Shown: positions 6,997 through 13,344 of the stretch, one piece after another | Layout: every line of letters starts with the position of its first letter | Position numbering within the stretch: the first letter of the stretch is position 1 | Assembly (NCBI GenBank): GCA_029856365.1 | Contig: JAHQWW010000106.1 | Span: 1 to 13,344 of the forward strand | DNA: 13,344 nt | Source: Candidatus Hodarchaeota archaeon | GTDB lineage: Archaea > Asgardarchaeota > Heimdallarchaeia > Hodarchaeales > Hodarchaeaceae | Direction of reading: 5' to 3' | Translations under genes and position numbers: made by a program | The notes under the pieces: generated by a model | Seen by the model: only the letters and a program-made list of their open reading frames with translations | Databases searched by the model: none | What the model was told of the DNA's origin: nothing

Positions 6997-9057
6997 ATGA
7001 CCAGTTATGCAGAAGTTCAGCTTGATATTGAAAGCGTAAAGTCTGGAATCAGTGGGATAGTCTCCAAATTCTTTGAAAAGAGTATTAACAAAGATACCGC
7101 ACAGCTAAAAGACTCATTTATCAGTAAATATAATTCTATTCTGGAAAAATATAAAGAAGAAGATACTAATGATTATTTAAAGCTCCGACGATTGATCACT
7201 GAATTTAAACCTGCTTTATCATCTGTGTTACAACTTGGAGAAGAATTTGATGGCCTTTGCGAGTCGGTAATCCCTTTTTTCAATGTGATGCTGGATAGTG
7301 CCAAACAACAAATCATGGGAGAGTCTTCCCGATCCAAAACAAAGGGACCTGTGATGCCAGGGAGTGATCAATCAACCGATATTCGATATTATTGTACAGT
7401 ATGTAAGCAAAAATTTGATATTCCCCAAAAAATGAAAACTCAACTGCTAAACTCGGTTGAAAATGTGGTGATCCCCGAGCATCACGGAAAGGAAATGAAG
7501 ATCATGATAGTTCGGCTCAACCATACAGCCACTCCTCAGGAGGACAATAATGTAGTTGAGAGTAAGCTGGATGAATCCGAGTTTTCTGCTGCAATTCTAA
7601 TGGGTCATTTTAACTCCCTCGAATATAATGTTGAGTATCTGAAAGTATTGAGCGTCGGGATCGATGTAGGGTCTTCCACTTCTCATCTCGTCTTTTCTAG
7701 GATTACTTTAAAGCGGGAACAGAGTTTTTTTAACCCCTCAAATCGGTTCCTTCCAATTAATCGTGAATTAATTTACGAAGGGCGGATTATTTTTACTCCT
7801 CTCTCTAATTCCAACACTATAGATATTGAATCGGTTGTAAACTTCATTCAAGAGGAATATAAGAAAGCTAATATTGCAACCAATATGGTAGATACTGGTG
7901 CAGTGATTGTTACTGGAGAAGCAGCTAGAAAACAGAATGCAGCTGAGATCGTAAATCGAATATCTTCTGAAACAGGAAAATTCGTAAGTGCGACTGCAGG
8001 ACCTAATTTTGAAGCTCTTCTTGGAGCTATGGGAAGTGGTGTAGTTAAACAATCTCAAACAACTCAACGGACGATAATGAATGTAGATGTCGGGGGAGGT
8101 TCTTGTAAACTCTCTATTATATCAAAAGGTTATATTCACAGTACAGCAGCCATAAGAGTAGGCGGTCGATTGTTAGGAATAGATAAAAAATTCAAGATCT
8201 GGAGGATAGATGAACCCAGTCATTTTCTGATGCAGGAGCTGAACTTGAATTACAAACTGGGGGATATCATTTCAGAAAAAGATGTGAGAATTTTCGCTAA
8301 AAAATATGCAGAAATATTACTTGAAGTAATGAGAGGGCCAGCGAAAAGTAACATCGCAAAGAAATTGATATTAACCGATAATCTTGATTTTACCGTACCT
8401 ATAGACGAATACTCATTTTCAGGTGGAGTTGCAGAGATGATTTATGGTAGTACGAAGGAATATGATGACATTGGAAAATATCTTGCTCAAGAAATAAGGA
8501 ATCTCATGAATAATCTGAACTTACCTATAGTTGAGCCTGATAATAAAATTAGAGCTACTGTTATTGGCGCTGGAGCATTTTCTCTGTCGATATCAGGTTC
8601 TACTTGTTTTGTGGATGAAAATATTAAACTTCCAGTGTTTAATGTGCCAGTTATCCCTGTTAATGTGACATATGAGAATTTTAGTGCAAAAAAAGTTGAG
8701 GAAGAAGTAAATCGTGCTTTCAAGAATTTCGATTTTGAGGAAGGTAAGGATTTAGTTGCCTTGTATTTTACACGACCTATCTTATCCTCAAGTGAAAGGT
8801 TGTTAATTTTTGCCAAAGCTCTTGAAACTGCACTTTCCAACTCCGCTGTAAATAAAAAGATGATTATCTTACTTTTCGGAATGGACATTGCCAAAATTCT
8901 CGCAACAACCATCCGTCGCGAAACTTCGATCAAGAATAACCTAATTTGTCTTGATGAGTTAATCCTGAAGGCAGGTGACTGGATAGATATTGGGGAGCCT
9001 CTCCGTGATGGCGAAGTGTATCCTGTCACTGTCAAGAGTTTGATTTTTAAGGAATGA
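6997..9057 (+). CDS. eutA: EutA-family (ethanolamine ammonia-lyase reactivating factor-like, ASKHA ATPase) protein with ~210-aa N-terminal extension
   Basis: From residue ~215: SVGIDVGSSTSHLVFSR, DTGAVIVTGEAARKQNA, FVSATAGPNFEA, NVDVGGG, VGGRL, FSGGVAE, IRATVIGAG and GDWIDIGEPL...PVTVKSLIF, all characteristic of EutA. Confidence 0.9.
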   Translation: MTSYAEVQLDIESVKSGISGIVSKFFEKSINKDTAQLKDSFISKYNSILEKYKEEDTNDYLKLRRLITEFKPALSSVLQLGEEFDGLCESVIPFFNVMLDSAKQQIMGESSRSKTKGPVMPGSDQSTDIRYYCTVCKQKFDIPQKMKTQLLNSVENVVIPEHHGKEMKIMIVRLNHTATPQEDNNVVESKLDESEFSAAILMGHFNSLEYNVEYLKVLSVGIDVGSSTSHLVFSRITLKREQSFFNPSNRFLPINRELIYEGRIIFTPLSNSNTIDIESVVNFIQEEYKKANIATNMVDTGAVIVTGEAARKQNAAEIVNRISSETGKFVSATAGPNFEALLGAMGSGVVKQSQTTQRTIMNVDVGGGSCKLSIISKGYIHSTAAIRVGGRLLGIDKKFKIWRIDEPSHFLMQELNLNYKLGDIISEKDVRIFAKKYAEILLEVMRGPAKSNIAKKLILTDNLDFTVPIDEYSFSGGVAEMIYGSTKEYDDIGKYLAQEIRNLMNNLNLPIVEPDNKIRATVIGAGAFSLSISGSTCFVDENIKLPVFNVPVIPVNVTYENFSAKKVEEEVNRAFKNFDFEEGKDLVALYFTRPILSSSERLLIFAKALETALSNSAVNKKMIILLFGMDIAKILATTIRRETSIKNNLICLDELILKAGDWIDIGEPLRDGEVYPVTVKSLIFKE

Positions 9058-9159
9058 GATGCGTTTGAACGCGGTTTAGAGACATTTGAATCAATTGTAC
9101 ATCCTAAGAATTGCAAAAATTAGAATTACAGAACAAAAAAAACTGCTCCATTTCTGTGA

Positions 9160-9528
9160 GGTTATTGCCTCTCAGCAGATTTTACTAAACCAGAAATCAA
9201 TTCCCCTCCAGATAAAAGGTGTTATCTTGGGACAGAAGAAAAAATCGAATGGAAAGTAGGAGATAAGAATCCTGGAAGATTTGAAATACTAAAGGATAAT
9301 GATACAGTAAAGACCGAAGAATGGGAAAATGGGACAATCTCTTTTAATGTTAATAACTTACCTATGGGTGTTCATAAGTATACATTAGTTGTTCATGATA
9401 TAGGAAGAAACGAGAAAAGAGATAGTTTAAATGTAGAAATTCTAGAATTCACAACGACTACAAACAGTACCTTCATTTTTGCCTTGATATTTATGATTAT
9501 ACTAATAAAGAAGAGAAGGCTAGATTAA
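9160..9528 (+). pseudogene. 5'-truncated surface-protein remnant: one Ig-like domain, Thr-rich linker, hydrophobic anchor and KKRR tail
   Basis: Not in the ORF track. A stop-to-stop frame of 122 codons follows TGA 9157: ...DFTKPEINSPPD...IEWKVGDKNPGRFEILKDND...EWENGTISFNVNNLPMGVHKYTLVVHDIGRNEKRDSLNVEILEFTTTTNSTFIFALIFMIILIKKRRLD*. No start codon or signal peptide precedes the domain. Confidence 0.75.
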
Positions 9529-9707
9529 AAACCATCTTGCGTAACTTGCGTAATTACTGTTTTAAAATTTTAGTGCCAACTAGGAAAGGATTTTGAATAC
9601 AGCTAGCTAATTTTCTATGTGTAAAATTTCAAGTGAAACCCCTAATAAATATGGACTACTAAGACTTTTAGCACTTTCAATCGGTAATACAGGATGAACT
9701 GCTAAAA

Positions 9708-10538
9708 ATGCCAAATGAAATCCTCTATACATCGGTTAATGCCCAAACAAAGTTATTGTGTTTGTTAGGGAATCCTATTTCACATTCTTTTTCCCCCCCA
9801 GTCATGAACGCTTTAATCTCGATTTATAATCTTAATTTCTGTTATCTTGCCTTTGCTCCTAATGATCTTAAGAAAGCTATTGAGGGTCTCAAGGAGATAA
9901 ATTTTTTGGGAGCTAATATTACGATTCCTTTTAAAGAGAAAATTCTTCCACTATGTGACTCCATAAATCAATTCGTAGAGGAAATAAAAGCAATTAACAC
10001 GATTTGGTTTGATGGAGAGAAACTTCGAGGTTATAATACAGATATTGATGGAATTAGAAGTGCATTGACCGATTACATAGACCAAATTGGTAGCTATGCT
10101 GTTTTTGGAGCTGGTGGCGCCGCGCGAGCGTTATGTGTTGCTTTAAAAAACAAAAATGGTATATTAGTTAACCGTACTGAAGCTAAGGGGAAAAAGTTAG
10201 CTGAGGAATTCGGATTAGAATATATTTCTCTCACGGATTCCCCGAAAATTGTGCCAGATATTGATTTGATTGTTAATGCAACTCCAGTAGGAATGGCTGG
10301 CCAAACTGTTTCAACTATTGTTCCAACAAGCTGGATAAAAAAGTGTACCTTCGTATTCGATATGGTTTATAATCCATCGGTAACAAAGCTTGTCGAGCAA
10401 GCTATTGAATATCACAAAAACGTCATCAGTGGTGTAAAAATGTTCTTAAGCCAAGCAGCAAAAGCTTTTTCAACATGGACCAGTTTAGAACCCGATTTAG
10501 AAATTATGAGGTCAATTTGGAGGGAAATCACTAATTAA
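9708..10538 (+). CDS. aroE: Shikimate dehydrogenase
   Basis: Motifs GNPISHSFSP, GANITIPFKE, AINT, GYNTDIDG, GAGGAARA, VNRT, VNATPVGM and DMVYNP. Confidence 0.96.
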   Translation: MPNEILYTSVNAQTKLLCLLGNPISHSFSPPVMNALISIYNLNFCYLAFAPNDLKKAIEGLKEINFLGANITIPFKEKILPLCDSINQFVEEIKAINTIWFDGEKLRGYNTDIDGIRSALTDYIDQIGSYAVFGAGGAARALCVALKNKNGILVNRTEAKGKKLAEEFGLEYISLTDSPKIVPDIDLIVNATPVGMAGQTVSTIVPTSWIKKCTFVFDMVYNPSVTKLVEQAIEYHKNVISGVKMFLSQAAKAFSTWTSLEPDLEIMRSIWREITN

Positions 10539-11388
10539 GATTTTTAAAGGTCACGGGCACGCCTTTGGTGCTATCAGTGTTATTAACGCATTAGCCACGG
10601 GAACAGGAGCAGCTATAGGCTTAAAAGACCTCTTTACCGATGTTATTATTCATCTAAAAGAGAATAAGCCGCTACTGGCGCCTTCACACGCAGTTCAAAT
10701 TGCCATAAAAAATACTTTAACCTACATTGGAGAACAAAAGCCGTTAGGGGGAGTGGTTGTAGTTGGTTCAAATATTCCCATCGCTTTTGGTTTAAAAAGT
10801 TCTAGTGCTGTTATCAATGCTGCCGTGTTAGCGACCGTTAATGCTGCTAATGTGCAACTTTCTGTAAAACAGATTTTAGACATTAGTACAAGTGCTGCAA
10901 TACAAGCAAAGATTTCAGTGACGGGTGCTCTAGATGATGCAACTGCTTCTTTGTTAGGGGGTTTCTGCATCACTAATAACACTCAGAATATGCTATTGTG
11001 GCATGTACCAGTTCCACTTGAAATTATTGTTTTAATTTTCATTCCTGGTAAATTCAAGGCACGAAAAACAGTTAATTTTTTTGAGGAAATAACTAATTTT
11101 CGACAAAACGCCCTAGAAATGCGAGAAATCATTAAAAAAGCCAAAACAGATTTCTTAAAGACTATGACACGAAATGGATTTCTTGTTGCACGATCATTTA
11201 GATACGACACCACTCCAATGGATGTCGCTTTAAAAAATAAAGCACTAGCAGTCTCAATCTCGGGTACTGGACCTGCGATTGCTGCTTTATGTCACAAAAA
11301 GGATGAACCAAACATCATTAAAGCATGGGACGAACTAGATCCTTCACTAATCCTAAGATCCCGCGTGAGCTGCCTTCGTCTCATCTAA
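10534..11388 (+). CDS. aroK: Archaeal (GHMP-type) shikimate kinase; true start lies upstream of the track ORF and is probably a non-canonical ATT at 10534 or 10540
   Basis: The frame of track ORF 10753..11388 is open back to 10510 and encodes the conserved N-terminus GHGHAFGAISVINALATGTGAAIG. Downstream motifs are IPIAFGLKSSSA, SVTGALDDATASLLGG and SISGTGPA. The product is secure, the start coordinate is uncertain. Confidence 0.92.
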   Translation: MKIFKGHGHAFGAISVINALATGTGAAIGLKDLFTDVIIHLKENKPLLAPSHAVQIAIKNTLTYIGEQKPLGGVVVVGSNIPIAFGLKSSSAVINAAVLATVNAANVQLSVKQILDISTSAAIQAKISVTGALDDATASLLGGFCITNNTQNMLLWHVPVPLEIIVLIFIPGKFKARKTVNFFEEITNFRQNALEMREIIKKAKTDFLKTMTRNGFLVARSFRYDTTPMDVALKNKALAVSISGTGPAIAALCHKKDEPNIIKAWDELDPSLILRSRVSCLRLI

Positions 11389-11391
11389 AAA

Positions 11392-12507
11392 TCAAGGCTT
11401 TTTAGGCTTGCTAACTTCAGCTAACAAGATCAAATCTGCAAACACTAGAGTAGTTAGTTGTTCCACTATTATCACTGCTCTGGGTACAATACACGGATCA
11501 AACCGTCCGCCTGTTTTCATCACTATATTTTCCTTTGTTTTTAGATTAACTGTATGTTGGGGTATGTGAATCGACGGTGTTGGTTTAAATGCTAAACGGA
11601 AGGTAATAGGAGAGATACCAGTTGATATTCCACCTAATATTCCTCCACTATGATTCGTTTTAGTCTTGAAACGACCTTTCTGAGAGTTGTAATATAATTG
11701 GTCATTGGCTTCAGATCCTTTCATCTGAGCTAATCGAAATCCTGTTCCGAAATCAATGGCACATGCCCCTGGGATACTAAACATACCTGAAGCTAGGTAA
11801 CTCTCAATATTATTGAAAAGTGGTTCCCCAATACCTGTTGGAATGCCATTAATAATGCAAGAAATTATCCCGCCAATACTATCTCCTTCATTTTTTACCT
11901 TAACAATTTCCTCTACCATTAAACGGTCAATCTCAGGATCGGGGCACCTAGACAGATAATTATAGGGATCTCTTTCAAAAATTCCTTCATCAAATTCATT
12001 CATTTGAAATGAAATACCGCCAATTTGTGAAGTGTATGTAAAGATACGGACATTTGCGTAATTCAAAAGCAATTTCTTGGCAATACAACCTGCTGCTGTT
12101 ATCGCAACCATCACTCTACCAGAAAAACGACCGCCTCCTCGGTAATCATTGAAGCCACCGTATTTTAATCTCGTTGTAAAGTCTGAATGACCAGGGCGTG
12201 GAGTATGCTTCCGTTTTTCATACTCTGGACTATCTCTTAGATCTTCATTGGTTATCTCCAAGGTAATAGGAGCACCAGTGCTAAATCCATTGAAAACACC
12301 TGATTTGATTTTGAACTCATTAGATTCTTTCCGCTCACTAGTAATCCCTGGCAAGTATCTTGCTTCACCCTTCTTAAGAGTCTCTTCGATTTCTTGGGGA
12401 TCAATCAATATACCAGGTGGACATCCATCAATAACGACTCCTATTGACTCTCCATAACTCTCACCAAAGATGGTGATTCGAAATATTTGACCAAAAGAAT
12501 TTGACAT
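11392..12507 (-). CDS. aroC: Chorismate synthase (with atypical signature residues)
   Basis: Motifs NSFGQIFRITIFGESYG, GVVIDGCPPG, SGVFNGFSTGAPI, PRPGHSD, DYRGGGRFSGR, GDSIGG, TNHSGGILGGISTG, FKPTPSI and GRFDPCIVPRA. Confidence 0.95.
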   Translation of the reverse strand: MSNSFGQIFRITIFGESYGESIGVVIDGCPPGILIDPQEIEETLKKGEARYLPGITSERKESNEFKIKSGVFNGFSTGAPITLEITNEDLRDSPEYEKRKHTPRPGHSDFTTRLKYGGFNDYRGGGRFSGRVMVAITAAGCIAKKLLLNYANVRIFTYTSQIGGISFQMNEFDEGIFERDPYNYLSRCPDPEIDRLMVEEIVKVKNEGDSIGGIISCIINGIPTGIGEPLFNNIESYLASGMFSIPGACAIDFGTGFRLAQMKGSEANDQLYYNSQKGRFKTKTNHSGGILGGISTGISPITFRLAFKPTPSIHIPQHTVNLKTKENIVMKTGGRFDPCIVPRAVIIVEQLTTLVFADLILLAEVSKPKKP

Positions 12508-12571
12508 TATTCTATCCTACCACTAATAGCTATTTTTGGTATTTTGATAAAGAATTTTAGAAAGCTTAAGA

Positions 12572-13344
12572 TTATGCACCTTCCAATATAGGAACTGATT
12601 CAGTCTTTCTATGATCAACTATCCTTGAGATAGGCTTACCAGGACGGATCTCTGTATAATCATATAATGTTCCAACAGGAACACATTCTACTTGAACCTT
12701 TTGATCAAAGATTCCTGTGAAATTATCTGCAATTTCGTTTTCTAGTTTTTTCCATTCCTTTTTCACCCGATGTTCAACAGTTATAGCTACTGTATCCTCA
12801 TCTATCTCGATTTGGTACCAAACACCATCAATAGCGGCTCTGAACAAAATATCTTCTATTTCGATAGGCATCAAGATACCGTTATTTCTCGTACGTATCT
12901 CGGTTCCTTCTCTTCCTAATATGTGATATAAAGGTAGTTGGAGTCCACAGGGACAGTTTTTTCCTTCTTCCATTATGACGATGTCATTTGTCCAATAACG
13001 GAGCACTGGCATAGCTTTTTTAAACAAAGGAGTGATCACTGGAATTGCTCGATGACCAAAACCAACCCTGTGTTTTCCATCCATCGACCACAATTCAACA
13101 AACATAGCGATCGATGGAAAATGCATGTTTCCCTTGATACACGGAATCCCTGGTAATCCTACTTCGTTTTGACCTACAAAATTAAAAATCATCTCTGCTC
13201 CATAGATTTCTTGTAGCCTCTTCATCCGATTTTTTGAACACGGTTCTGCACCTATAACTAGTTTTTGAACACCTATACTCTCGGGATTTATACCCCAATC
13301 CTTGAATATTTGAGCAAGAGCAAGAGCATCAGTAGCAACCACCC
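12572..13344 (-). CDS. Phenylacetate-CoA ligase (PaaK)/F390-synthetase-like adenylate-forming enzyme, 3' part; start lies beyond the right edge
   Basis: GAEPCS, VITPLFKKAMPVLRYWTNDI, CPCG, ILGR, PIEIEDIL, YQIEI and the C-terminal GKPISRIVDHR match the PaaK-family C-terminal half. The frame is open to the window end. Confidence 0.88.
   Translation of the reverse strand, partial: VVATDALALAQIFKDWGINPESIGVQKLVIGAEPCSKNRMKRLQEIYGAEMIFNFVGQNEVGLPGIPCIKGNMHFPSIAMFVELWSMDGKHRVGFGHRAIPVITPLFKKAMPVLRYWTNDIVIMEEGKNCPCGLQLPLYHILGREGTEIRTRNNGILMPIEIEDILFRAAIDGVWYQIEIDEDTVAITVEHRVKKEWKKLENEIADNFTGIFDQKVQVECVPVGTLYDYTEIRPGKPISRIVDHRKTESVPILEGA

Noticed and set aside
6992-7000. Mini-ORF ATG-AAA-TGA overlapping the eutA start
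   Set aside because: Likely chance. SD spacing suits ATG 6997 and nothing supports a regulatory role.
7768-9116. - strand ORFs 7768..8067 and 8487..9116
   Set aside because: Antisense to the well-supported EutA-family gene with no motifs.
9055-9123. Read-through of the eutA TGA aided by the GCGTT-TG-AACGC inverted repeat (9061-9072)
   Set aside because: EutA ends at its normal family C-terminus (VKSLIF) and read-through hits TAG after ~21 codons without reaching the Ig remnant.
10519-10530. GGGAAAT as a classical -1 slippery site fusing aroE and aroK
   Set aside because: The heptamer is not phased as X XXY YYZ in the aroE frame, and the shift required is +1 rather than -1.
10722-13156. Short ORFs 10722..10982 -, 10983..11213 -, 12248..12457 +, 12717..12926 + and 12938..13156 +
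   Set aside because: All are antisense to aroK, aroC or the PaaK-like gene.
1-13344. CRISPR array, tRNA or rRNA
   Set aside because: No regularly spaced repeats and no GC-rich structured segment in any intergenic gap by eye. A covariance-model search was not possible.

Overview
AT-rich archaeal chromosomal window, most likely from an Asgard archaeon (Heimdallarchaeia-like). This assignment is inferred from the GHMP-type shikimate kinase, a GGTGA ribosome-binding site, an Asgard-style Ig-like/C-terminal anchor remnant and a winged-helix/zinc-finger membrane protein. Left to right: (1) 5' part of an NDP-forming acyl-CoA synthetase, missing from the ORF track; (2) a 916-aa protein with about 10-12 TM helices, tandem ~65-aa winged-helix repeats and two duplicated Cys-rich RING/FYVE-like + zinc-ribbon modules; (3) a divergent zinc-ribbon membrane protein; (4) a decayed patch holding a truncated nucleotidyltransferase and a disrupted ICMT/PEMT-family methyltransferase; (5) a Cys-rich DUF6144/V4R-like protein; (6) a small putative winged-helix protein divergent from an orphan EutA-like ATPase with a ~210-aa N-terminal extension; (7) a start-less Ig-like surface-protein remnant; (8) aroE and aroK, the latter lacking a canonical start codon; (9) a convergent aroC with substituted signature residues; (10) the 3' part of a PaaK-like CoA ligase. 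No rRNA, tRNA, CRISPR array or transposase was recognised. The best candidates for new biology are the 916-aa membrane/winged-helix/zinc-finger protein and the regulator plus extended orphan EutA module. All family assignments come from motif recognition by eye, not from database searches.
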